Assembly: GCF_964204645.1 (NCBI RefSeq)
Contig: NC_134030.1
Coordinates: 6,676,778 to 6,740,777, forward strand
Direction: 5' to 3'
DNA length: 64,000 nt
From: Tubulanus polymorphus
Lineage: Eukaryota; Animalia; Nemertea
Part shown: positions 35,643-47,804 of the stretch, piece by piece
Numbering within the stretch: position 1 is the first letter of the stretch
Layout: each line of letters starts with the position of its first letter
Position numbers and translations under genes: made by a program
The notes under the pieces: generated by a model
The model's database searches: none
The model's input: only the letters and a program-made list of their open reading frames with translations
What the model was told of the DNA's origin: nothing

Positions 35643-38600
35643 GGTTAGATGTGTTGAAGTGTTACGATGTTTTAGTTAGACAGATGGGAATAGTGAAGAT
35701 GAGAGAACAAATCACTGTCCAATCACAGGATGAAGTAATGCAGTGATCTGTACTCTGTATCTGCACACCATGTACATGAATCTGTAACTGTTCAATCAGC
35801 CCGAAATCTACAGCAGCATAATCTAGAAAAATCCTATACTATACATCTGATCTTTGAGATGTTATTTGCCGCTCTTTTGTCATTGATTATTGTTTCTTTT
35901 TCTTTGAAATGCATGCAACAGACTTTACTCAAAGATCACAGCAGTTTGGGGTGAGTTTTCAATGATTTACCTCCTGATCAAAGTTGAAATTATCAAGGTT
36001 TTCATGTTTTTCATATATATTTTCAGTGGACAGAGCTATGGAGGTTTTGACACCCAATAGTCAACCTCAAATACCATCAAAAAACATTGAGTAAAATGGT
36101 GAGTTTTTGATTACGTTTTGAAACTGCTCTTATTTTAACAACTTATGTATGCTTCTATACAACATTTGTATTTTAGGGGCCAAAATAAAGCTGAACTGTA
36201 ACAAACCTGCCAACAGTAAAACATTGCGCTCTACGAATCAAACACAAGTCAGAAGTGGTGATTTTTCTATCGATTTATTGCAGTAATTTGTGGTGATTTA
36301 TCAGTTATAGAATTTAATATGTTTATCATTTTTCATCCATTTTCAATAGATATGTCTTCATTCTGCTCATCGAGGAGGATATCCACAGATCCTTCAAAAA
36401 TGATTGCGATGATGATTCAATTCGAGTCAGGAAAATGGTGAGTTTTTCATCACCCTAATGGGCTTCAATTTGATGATGAATTTGATAATTAATTGTTCTA
36501 TATAGTTTTTTATGTGTCATTCTCTCAAAAGTTTTGTAAGAAATGCTGCTGCATCCCCTATCAAATCTATCGGAAATGGTACAATCATCAAAACATGTAA
36601 GAAAAATTGTAATTTTCGGAATAGCTGACGCATGTGATGTTTCCTTATTTCAAATAATCAGTTTTCTCTTTACAGAATGAAATCCACACAGCACTAGAAT
36701 TTACAGCTCATAAGACCTTGTGAAAAGTTCACCTTGAACATATTGCTAGATCCTCCTCACTTGCAATCTAATAATTCTGCAAACCAGAGATGAAAGCTGT
36801 GAGTATTAATTTGCTCTTATTTCATAACAACTAAACTGATAAGTTATAGCATTTATACATATGTATTTTAGGAGCCCTCGACAGAAACTGAACACAAAAT
36901 ATTGGTAATTCACTGAACATTTTTAAATGAAGGACTTTGCTTACGATCCTCACATTTCAAAACGAGTGCCGGTAAATATCTCTGCAGATTCCGGTCTCTA
37001 TGCTTACTGCTGTTTTTATCAGAAAATGACTTCATACATTTAGTCAATTTATTTCATGACAATCCAGTTCAACACGTAGAATGAATAACTGAGATGGAAA
37101 CAGTGGAGAATTTGAAATAATTCCACTGGAATTAAACACCATGGATCTACATTGATCAATTAAGGTGAATTTTCAATCACTTCTTTCTATCCTGGTTAGA
37201 GTTAAAATTATCAAGCCAAAATTATACAAATTTTGTAATTTAGAGTAAAGAATGAAGCTGAACTTTTGCTATTCAAACAGTAAACATTGCGCTCTATCAA
37301 ACACAAGTCATGAGTGGTGAGTTTTTATCATCAATTTATTGCAGTAATTAGTGGTGATTTATCAGTTATGAATTATATTTATCATTTATCATCCGGTTCC
37401 AAAAGATTTATCTTCAAATCAAGTCAGCAAAATGGTGGATTTTTTATCTGGGAGGGCGGGACGGAAGGGGTCTGGGAGGGACGGGAGGTTAGATGTGTTG
37501 AAGTGTTACGATGTTTTAGTGAGACAGATGGGAATAGTGAAGATGAGGGAACAAATCACTGTCCAATCACAGGATGAAGTAATGCAGTGATCTGCACACC
37601 ATGTACATGTATCTGTAACTTGTCAATCAGCTCGAAATCTACAGCAGCATAATCTAGAAAAATCCTATACTGTACATCTGATCTTTGAGATGTCATTTGC
37701 CGCTCTTTTGTCATTGATTATTGTTTCTTTTTCTTTGAAATGCATGCAACAGACTTTACTCAAAGATCACAGCAGTTTGAGGTGAGTTTTCAATGATTTA
37801 CCTCCTTCCTGATCAAAGTTGAAATTATCAACCTTTTAATGTTTTTCATATATATTTTCAGTGGACAGAGCTATGGAGGTTTTGACACCCAATAGTCAAC
37901 CTCAAATACCATCATAAAAACATTGAGTAAAATGGTGAGTTTTTGATTATGTTTTGAAACTGCTCTTATTTTAACAACTTATGTATGCTTCTATACAACA
38001 TTTGTATTTTAGGGGCCAAAATAAAGCTGAACTGTAACAAACCTGCCAACAGTAAAACATTGCGCTCTACGAATCAAACACAAGTCTGAAGTGGTGATTT
38101 TTCTATCGATTTATTGCAGTAATTTGTGGTGATTTATCAGTTATAGAATTTAATATGTTTATCATTTTTCATCCAGTTTCAATAGATATATCTTCATTCT
38201 GCTCATCGAGGAGGATATCCACAGATCTTTCAATTAAAATGATTGTGATGATGATTCAAATCGAGTCAAGAAAATGGTGAGTTTTTCATCACTCCACTGG
38301 GCTTCAATTTGATGATGAATTTGATGATTTTTTATTCTATGCAGTATTATTATGTTTCATTCTCTTGAAAGTTTTGTAAGAAATCCTGCTGCTGCATCCC
38401 CAATCAAATCTATTGGAAATTGGTACAATAATCAAAACACTAAAAAAAATAGTAATTTTCGGTATAGCAGATACACACATGATGTTTCTTTATTTCAAAT
38501 AATCAGTTTTCTCTTTACAGAATGAAATCCACACAGCACTAGAATTTACAGTTCAAGAGACCTGGTGAAAAGTTCACCTTGAACATATTGCTAGATCCTC

Positions 38601-38860
38601 CTCACTTGCAATCTAATAATTCTGCAAACAAGAGACGAGAGCTGTGAGTATTAATTTGCTCTTATTTCATAACAACTTAACTATTAAGTTATAGCATTTA
38701 TACATTTGTATTTTTAGGAGCCCTCGACAGAAACTGTGAACACAAAATATTGGGAATTCACTGAACATTTTTAAATGAAGGACATTGCTTAAGATCCTCA
38801 CATTTCAAAACGAGTGCTGGTAAATATCTCTGCAGATTCCGGTCTCTATGCTTACTGCTG
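35620..38860 (+). repeat. Direct segmental duplication: ~35620-37010 repeated at ~37450-38860
   Basis: Near-identical sequence from GGGACGGGAGGTTAGATGTGTTGAAG to GATTCCGGTCTCTATGCTTACTGCTG in both copies; the G-tract is only about 2 units long in the second copy. Confidence 0.92.
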
Positions 38861-39843
38861 TCAAGTCAGCAAAATGGTGGATTTTTGATCAGTCAATGTT
38901 AGGAGATAGTTATCAATGCTTATCACAAACCTGCTGGGTTTACTCTCAATATTGAACACAAACAAGTTGGCAGTTTCCATTTATTTCATTAACCATTTTC
39001 TGGCATAATTTTTCTCTTTCCAGAATGCAATGCACTCATCACAAATTGCGTTGGAAAAATGTTGAATATTCGCCTTCAAATAATGAAGAAACTTGTTGCT
39101 GAATTTGCTATTACTCTTTAGAAGATACTAAGTAATTTTCTCTACACAATGCAACCTGGTTCTTGCTTGTTATAAAACTTTACTGTGCAATTATATGTGT
39201 ATTAATTTTTTCAGGAAATCATCAGTGCTCTTAACCTAATGACATTATGGCTCTTGGAAGTGAAATCCTGCTAGAAATGGTACAAAACTAATCCATTACA
39301 AGTTTGGAAATGGTGAGTTTTTCATCACTCCACTGTGCTCTTTTACCTAGCAATATGTTACTGGTATTGTATAAAGTATCCTTTATGTCTCATTCTCTCA
39401 AAAGCTTTTTAAGAAGTGCTGCTCCATCCCCTATCATATCTACCCCGGAAATACTGTGGACAATATGCTCCAAAAAAAGAAAAAAGGTAATTTTCAGAAT
39501 AGCAGACACACACATGATGTCTTTATTTCACTAATCAATTTTCTCTTTACCGAATAAAATCCACACAGCACCAGATGAGAAATCACTTCCATCGTGGTGA
39601 AAGTTTACATGTAGTATGATTTTTTTTGCAGCATGAAATTTGTCCAATAGAACAGTTTAGAAGTCGATCAAAAATTGAATAATGGTGTTGAATTTGTTGT
39701 GACTATACGGTAACTATAAACTCTTGTTTCTGAAGTATTTCATGAAATTCCCACGTGACTGTTAATTCGATCAAACATTTTCAACGTAATATTTGCAGAC
39801 GCAAGTTTTCTCTCTATTCTAGGATGAAGTGGAGACCAATATG

Positions 39844-40066
39844 CCATTTGACGGGGACACGGACCAATATTCCATCCTACCTGGAGATTGATATGCTGCC
39901 ACTTATGTCAGAGCTGCAATTCTAAAGTTTCCATTTGACAGGGACACGGACCAATATTCCATCCTACCTGGAGATTGATATGCTGCCACTTATGTCAGAG
40001 CTGCAATTCTAAAGTTTAAAGCCAAATGATGTCAGAGCTGCAATTCTAAAGTTTAAAGCCAAATGA
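39844..40066. repeat. 87-bp tandem duplication plus a partial third copy
   Basis: CCATTTGAC.GGGACACGGACCAATATTCC...GCAATTCTAAAGTTT at 39844 and 39931. Confidence 0.9.
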
Positions 40067-40229
40067 ATATTGTTATATTGTGCCGGCCGGTACGGACCTA
40101 CCGTTATTCTGTCTGTGATGGTTTCATGATCTGCGAATCATCCATGAAATACAATGGACTCATTCCCTGATTCGTCTCACAATGCTGTAACTTCATTTTT
40201 GCTAATAGAATAGCCTGTTCACTGACTCG

Positions 40230-43200
40230 GGCGTAAAGAATAGATGATTTAAACCTGCAATATGCAAATTTAAAAGATTAAACATGTAATTTATTTATCA
40301 AGAATCAGAATCAAAATAAACAAAGTAGATGAAGATATAACTAGAACAACCTACGTATGCACAAAATAACATAACCTCTCAACCTAAGCACTAAACACCC
40401 CTCACTCCACTTTCTCTATTAACTTGTTCTTCCTATTCCCCCTGTTTTAGTTATTTCTTCACACCCTACAATGGTCTCTAGAGAGACTCCATAAACTTGT
40501 CTTCTTTTAAATTTGTATATAATAGTGGTTTTAATCTTATTTTTGATTTTTACTGAAGAAAATCGAAACAGAAAATTAATGATTGGCTTTCTGAGATGGA
40601 TCAAGGGCATGAGATATTTTACGCACTCCATGTTACTGCATAAGTTTGTAATTGTTTGTACAGGACCCAATTTCATTGGTCTGGTTATGTATGTATAAAC
40701 TTGTATAATATTGTAAATTGACTTATTTTGTATGATGTGTCAAGTCCCACAATCATTGAAACCAAAAAGTTGAAATATCGACAGGTTTTCTTTTATCATG
40801 GGACTTTATTTTCTATGAATTGTTGATCTGTTTTATTTGAAATAAATATATATTTTCTCTGTTGTTCAGTTGTGATTACAGACGCCAGCAGTTTCGTAGA
40901 CTCTGCGTCACGTACACTATAAACATTACGTAGGTGATAAACCTACATCCCATAGGTTCAGTTTCATAGAAAAATTTACTCAAAGAATATTCATTCATTG
41001 AGGTAAATTTAAATTGAATCGAGCCGAAAATCCAGTTTCACAACAATTGTATTCGAACTTTAAAGAAAAAGTCAAACATTGCTCATATGTTTGTGAACTG
41101 GCTCCACTAAACATAGTCTAACTCTATCCAAAATCAATTTAAGAGTTATTGTGAAACTGAACCCTGCATGGGATGAAATACTGGTATGAAACAGCAGCTT
41201 AAACTGATTGAAACCCCATCATGCGATTAACTCCATCAATTTATGATGGTTTAAATCCGCTATATGCAAATTTGAGAGAGTAAACACGTAATTTATCAAG
41301 AATCTGAAATTAAACTCTTCCAGTAAATGAAGAAATAACTAGAACAACCTATGCACAAAATAACAAAACCTCTCAACCTAGGCACTTAACACTCCTCGCT
41401 CTACTTTTTCAATTAACTTGTTCTTCCTATTCCACCTGTTTTAGTTATTTCTTCACACCCTACAATGGTCTCTAGGGAGACTCTAAAAAGTTGTCTTTTT
41501 TAATTTGTATATAGTGGGTTTTAATCTTATTTTAATTTTTACTGAAGAAAATTGAAATTGAGATATTTTGTAACTGCATAAGTTTGTAATTGTTTGTACC
41601 CCAGGGTCCAGTTTCATTGTGCATAAGTTTGTAATTGTTTGTACCCCAGGGTCCAGTTTCATTGGTCTGTGTATCTATGTATAAACTTGTACCGGTACGT
41701 GTATAGTCCCACGATCATTGAAACCAAAAAGTTGAAATATCGACAGGTTTTCTTTTATCATGGGACTTTATTTTCTATGAATTGTTGAACTGTATTATTT
41801 GAAATAAATATATATTTTCTCTGTTGTTCAGTTGTGATTACAGACGCCAGCAGTTTCGTAGACTCTGCGTCACGTACACTATAAACATTACGTAGGTGAT
41901 AAACCTACATCCCATAGGTTCAGTTTCATAGAAAAATTTACTCAAAGAATATTCATTCATTGAGGTAAATTTAAATTGAATCGAGCCGAAAATCCAGTTT
42001 CACAACAATTGTATTCGAACTTTAAAGAAAAAGTCAAACATTGCTCATATGTTTGTGAACTGGCTTCACTAAACATAGTCTAACTCTATCCAAAATCAAT
42101 TTAAGAGTTATTGTGAAACTGAACCCTGCATGGGATGAAATACTGGTATGAAACAGCAGCTTAAACTGATTGAAACCCCATCATGCGATTAACTCCATCA
42201 ATTTATGATGGTTTAAATCCGCTATATGCAAATTTGAGAGAGTAAACACGTAATTTATCAAGAATCTGAAATTAAACTCTTCCAGTAAATGAAGAAATAA
42301 CTAGAACAACCTATGCACAAAATAACAAAACCTCTCAACCTAGGCACTTAACACCCCTCGCTCTACTTTTTCAATTAACTTGTTCTTCCTATTCCACCTG
42401 TTTTAGTTATTTCTTCACACCCTACAATGGTCTCTAGGGAGACTCTAAAAAGTTGTCTTTTTTAATTTGTATATAGTGGGTTTTAATCTTATTTTAATTT
42501 TTACTGAAGAAAATTGAAATTGAGATATTTTGTAACTGCATAAGTTTGTAATTGTTTGTACCCCAGGGTCCAGTTTCATTGTGCATAAGTTTGTAATTGT
42601 TTGTACCCCAGGGTCCAGTTTCATTGGTCTGTGTATCTATGTATAAACTTGTACCGGTACGTGTCAAGTCCCACGATCATTGAAACCAAAAAGTTGAAAT
42701 ATCGACAGGTTTTCTTTTATCATGGGACTTTATTTTCTATGAATTGTTGAACTGTATTATTTGAAATAAATATATATTTTCTCTGTTGTTCAGATGTGAT
42801 TACAGACGCCAGCAGTTTCGTAGACTCTGCGTAACGTACACTATAATCATTACGTAGGTGATAAACCTACATCCCATAGGTTCAGTTTAATAGAAAATTT
42901 TACTCAAAAAATATTCATTCATTGAGGTAAATTGAAATTGAATCGAGTAAAGTTTTTAAGAAACTGAGCTGAAGGTCCAGTTTCACAACGATTGCATTCG
43001 AACTTTGAAGAAAAAGTCAAACATTGATCATATGTTTGTGAACCGGCTTCACTAAACATAGTTTAACTCTATCCAAAACAAATTTATGAGTTATTGTGAA
43101 ACTGAACCCTGCATGGGATGAAATACTCTTTACACACTGCAGCTTCTAAACTGATTGAAACCCCATCATAGACCAAATCCTACCCGGGGTTACAGTTTCA

Positions 43201-44230
43201 CGATAATGTAATGCGATTAACTCCATCAATGTTTGAGAGTTTAAATCCGCTATATGCAAATTTGAGAATCTGAAATTAAACTATTCCGGTAAATGAAGAA
43301 ATAACTAGAACAACCTATGCACAAAATAACAAAACCTCTCAACCTAGGCACTTAACACCCCTCGCTCTACTTTTTCAATTAACTTGTTCTTCCTATTCCA
43401 CCTGTTTTAGTTATTTCTTCACACCCTACAATGGTCTCTAGGGAGACTCTAAAAAGTTGTCTTTTTTAATTTGTATATAGTGGGTTTTAATCTTATTTTA
43501 ATTTTTACTGAAGAAAATTGAAATTGAGATATTTTGCAACTGCATAAGTTTGTAATTGTTTGTACCCCAGGGTCCAGTTTCATTGTGCATAAGTTTGTAA
43601 TTGTTTGTACCCCAGGGTCCAGTTTCATTGGTCTGTGTATCTATGTAATCTATGTATAAACTTGTACCGGGTACGTGTAAAGTCCCACGATCATTGAAAC
43701 CAAAAAGTTGAAATATCGACAAGTTTTCTTTTATCATGGGATATTATTTCGTATGAATTGTTGTATTAGTTTATTTGAAATAAATATATATTTTCTCTGT
43801 TGTTCAGTTGTGATTACAGACGCCAGCAGTTTCATAGACTCGGCGTCACGTACACGATAAACATTACCTGGGTGTTTAACCTACATCCCGTATAGGTTCC
43901 GTTTCATAAAATTCATTTAATCGAAAGATTTTCATTCATTGAAGTTTTAAAGAAACTGAGCCGATCAGGTCCACTTTCATAATGATTGCATTCGAACTTT
44001 GAAGAAAAAAGTTATAAATTGATCATAACTACGTATGTTTGTGAAACGGATCCTGTTGACCCGGTTTGACTAGCATAGTTAACCTCTATCCAAAATCAAT
44101 TTTTAAGTTATTGTGGAACTGAGCCCTGCATAGGATGAAAAACTTTTTGCTAGGTGTATGAAACTGCAGCTTCTAAACTGATCGAGACCCTCGTATCATA
44201 GACCAAATTCTACTCGGGGTTGTTTCACAA
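40230..44230. repeat. Tandem array of a ~962-bp unit, about 4 copies, containing MITE-like hairpins
   Basis: The anchor GTCCCAC(A/G)ATCATTGAAACCAAAAAG occurs at 40744, 41706, 42668 and 43682 (spacings 962, 962, 1014). Each unit contains GGTTCAGTTTCA...TGAAACTGAACCCTG inverted ends. Confidence 0.95.
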
Positions 44231-45509
44231 AAATGCGTTCCTAACCGAGTTAAAATGAAATTTTATCTTTCCGAATGATCTTTTTGTGAGACTGAACCCA
44301 GGACAAATTCAGTTGATCTTGGGATCGTTGATTCTTTTTGTGAAACATTAACCCCTGGTGTTCAGCACAAAATCATCCTCTTGTCTTGTGAAATTGGGCC
44401 CTGGCATGCGAGGGTCTCATTGATTCTTGCCCCGGGTCTGGCTACACAAAAAAGAAAATCCAACCGACTGCATGTACCTGATTAATTTCTTCAATTCAAG
44501 AGTTAAAACCTTTTTGTGAAGCCAGACCCTGGTACGCGAGAGTTTTAAAAATTATTCTTGCTCCAGTGTAGACTGGTTGCCTACGCCTGCATTCACAGAA
44601 TTGCTGCTAGAGACCGGCGACCCGTCTACGCTATTGCTAGGTTTAGTCTAGACTGGTCCCCTGTCCAATTCTGCGCCACCAGTCTGAATAGCTAACTAAA
44701 GGTAGAGACCGGCGACCAGTCTAGGTTCAGTTAGATCGTCGATACAAAATGGCGGCATATTGAATCGTAGTTAAGTGTTTCTAGAGGTGCAGTTACGGCC
44801 GAGTGCCGGACAGCATCCATAAGCTTGTGTGCTCAAGACCTAATTTCGACTATCAACTTCGAATTTTATGTGCTGCAATATTTCCCTAGACAACTAGATA
44901 AAAAAAAAGATTGGTATTTCATAGCTGTTAATCTATGATTAATTAACGGTCCGTTAATTAATCTAGATTAACAAGGTACATGTATAATTTTTTAGCCTTA
45001 TCTGTTTGTTAACCCCTTCATGGGCGAATGTTATGTATATATGAATATCCCTGTACTCGAGATTTCAATGTTAATGTATTGTATTTTTGATTCAGTGATT
45101 GCGTCTTTCTTTTGTGTGATTTTTTCACCCAAGTAGAGGTCCCTTTCTTTTTAATCGCTATTCGTAGTGTAGATAGACCACGTGAGTTTATTGTTCTTAC
45201 GTCTAGCGAAAGAAATCGTCTGCGATGCTATGGTTGTCAACCCGTTGTATCCGAGGGTATTGATGGTTATTGGTCCTGTTGACGAAGGATTTGGAAATGC
45301 CCTCGAAATGGCACGAGGCCACGTGATCTGATCAATGCTTTTAAAAGGGGCTAGTTGAATTAACGTGATTTTGTTTTCTAAAAAGGCCAATTTTGAAAGG
45401 ATGAGTTCCTAAATTAGCAGGTTTAACAATATTTTGACTTGGCGAAAAGGGCAACCTCAATGGGAAGGCAGGGATCCGGACCCCGAGACCACCCCCTAAA
45501 TCCGCCCCT

Positions 45510-45631
45510 AGGGCCAGTTGCATAGTCACGGCATGACCAACTTAGTTCTTTTGTAAATCTTACAACTTAAGACCAGTCTCAAGATCTAAGACTACTTTTC
45601 AACTAAAGTCACGACTGTGCAACTGGGCCCT
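45510..45631. mobile_element. Short MITE with AGGGCC(C)AGTTGCA(T/C)AGTC terminal inverted repeats
   Basis: AGGGCCAGTTGCATAGTC ... GACTGTGCAACTGGGCCCT; related to 12923-13062. Confidence 0.65.
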
Positions 45632-46058
45632 ACTTCTGGCAACTGCAGGTTTTGAAGATGATATTGTTACTGCTCCTGTGATGCGCGACTGCAGAACGTG
45701 GCTGGCACACGACGTACGCATCTACAAACTGGCGATTCATCTCTGGTGGTCGTTTTGAAGAATTGACATGTTGGAATGGAATCAAAATCCAATGAGAGAT
45801 GGCAAAGATATCATCATTTTTCATAGTTGTATAGATACTTTCAACGCCCCGTAATATTGATCTATCTGGTTTCACTAAATGAACACTTCACCAAATCGCA
45901 AATAGATTTTTGAAGAGATAAGCAGTCCAATGTATCAATGCTCCATGTAGTGGCCGAGCCCCAGAGACGCATCTGCCGAAACCCGTAATCGGAGTAGTCC
46001 AGTCTGGTCGTCACATCATTAATGATTTTTATTAATTTATATTTAAAAAAAATGAATA

Positions 46059-46232
46059 CAGTGAACCCCAGATATACCGGTACCGCCCTCCCATTTACCG
46101 CCACCCCCGCTTACCGCCAGGTGTACATCTCTATGTACATACATAGTAAAACACCCCCGATATACCGCCATACTCTCTATACCGCCAAAATCATTCTGTT
46201 CCGATGTGGGCGATGTATCGGGGGGTTGACTG
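46059..46232. mobile_element. Tc1/mariner (pogo/Tigger-like) MITE, 174 bp
   Basis: TA|CAGTGAACCCCAGATATAC ... ATGTATCGGGGGGTTGACTG|TA, with a TA target site duplication and internal TACCGCC repeats. Confidence 0.85.
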
Positions 46233-47804
46233 TACGTTTAAACGAGAAGAATTAAATGACCGGCTGCACCAGAGAAAACGCACGGAAACAAGCATTCGAG
46301 CCCGTTATATAACTGGCTGAGCAGTAAGTGCCGCAAAGCTGAGAGGACTGGAACTGTTTTACGCACTGAGTCAACAAGTGAAAAAAATACGTAGTAGTAT
46401 GATTACCGTTCAAACAAACCATTTGGTCATGTGTCGTTGATATGACTATAAAGGCCTTGTTTTGAATGGAGATCAATCCAGTATCGACGTACTATACTTT
46501 CCATTAGGTCTACAATATCGACTCGACATACACGCGACAACGACTACATGAATTTGTGTGTAACCTTTTCACAGGTAAGAAAAATATCATCTTGAATTTA
46601 TTATTTTAGGCCAGTCGGCAGTGGACAAAACGAGCGGTAGACAAAACTAGTGAAAAAAAAGATCACAAAACGTCGCTGCGGCAATATAGGAATCGAACTC
46701 GGGTCAGGCGTGAGATACTCGCCAAAATGCCAATGGCAATTAGCACATACGTACCTGGTGGTTTCTGAATGAAAACCAGGCCTTTGATATATATCAAGAG
46801 TTTTTATCTATGAAATTAAGAATATTCGGGTCAATATTACAATCTCTCCATTTTCTCAAGTGTTGAAAGTATGGAAGTTAGACCCTACTAGATCTCCACA
46901 ATTTTACGGTTTGTATACACTTTCGAGTTGTAAATATTTCTAACGCTTTTGGCTACGTTAATATGTTATATGAATGGTCTTTACAAGTGTGTTTACCGAG
47001 ATTCTTAAAATCCGCATTTCCATAATCTAAATCTATGACCGCAGAAAAACAACCACTCGAAATTTGTAGTTACTCTATTCGTTAGAAACGCGGAACCCAA
47101 ATTTGAATACACAATCAAGTCATAACCCAAATTCGATGTCAACTTTCGCACTTATAACGGTGAATTCATGTTTGAATCATTTGACATTTCAACGTTTTAT
47201 AAGCATTTTAAAAAAAGTAAAAAACCCGTTTTCGAAAGAAACCCGTTTTCGGGACAAATTTGTTTCAATTTATTCTCACTCAAAGGTCAACCACAGTTCA
47301 AAACCACAAAATCACAACGATATGTACAATAAACTTGCAGTTTATTTCATGGAAATCTAATAACTGTTCGTCATAAAATCGATGCACGGATGGCCAATGT
47401 GCCCCTGGTCTCAGTTTACCTCAAAAGCAACGAGCACAAAATCTGGTAGTTTTCATCAATATACACATGTACATGATCTTGTTTATCAAGATTTCACTGA
47501 ATATTTGTCATCATATACGAAAATTACGTGGCTATAAATCCACATTCGATAACGAAATGTTAATACATAAACATGTTTCAGAATCAACACACGATAAACG
47601 TAACACTGAATGTCTCGAATTGTAATGTATTCAGTACTAAATGAGAACAATCGCAATAAATCAAATGTGAATCGTCTTAATGTGCCTATACATGATCATA
47701 CGTGATATAATATGCATTTGAGATGAAACAATACCTTGATTTCTAACGTACATGAATTAACATTGCATTGCTAAATCGTAATCATTTCGATATCAGGTTA
47801 AAAG

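Larger units (their letters stand above)
23045..40860 (+). pseudogene. Decayed multi-exon gene or spliced lncRNA, interrupted by mobile elements
   Basis: Many strong, regularly spaced + strand GT-AG pairs (e.g. exons 24364-24414, 26461-26521, 36027-36098, 36177-36257, 36350-36437, 39823 onward) with introns of 75-90 nt like those of the real genes. The exons carry stops or frameshifts. AATAAA plus a GT-rich tract at about 40841-40875. Confidence 0.4.

Noticed and set aside
25554-35746. Gly/Arg- or Pro-rich ORFs at 25554-26068 and 35074-35746
   Set aside because: They are translations of the 24-bp G-rich minisatellite, open in several frames because the repeat lacks stop codons.
35930-39600. 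snoRNA host gene interpretation of the many short non-coding exons
   Set aside because: Most introns are only 75-95 nt, and I found no consistent box C (RTGATGA) plus box D (CTGA) pairs with terminal stems, nor H/ACA structures. A snoRNA covariance-model scan would settle it.
39020-39930. In-frame TGA codons as selenocysteine
   Set aside because: Neighbouring exons contain TAA/TAG stops and frameshifts, and I recognised no SECIS element. Mutational decay is the simpler explanation.
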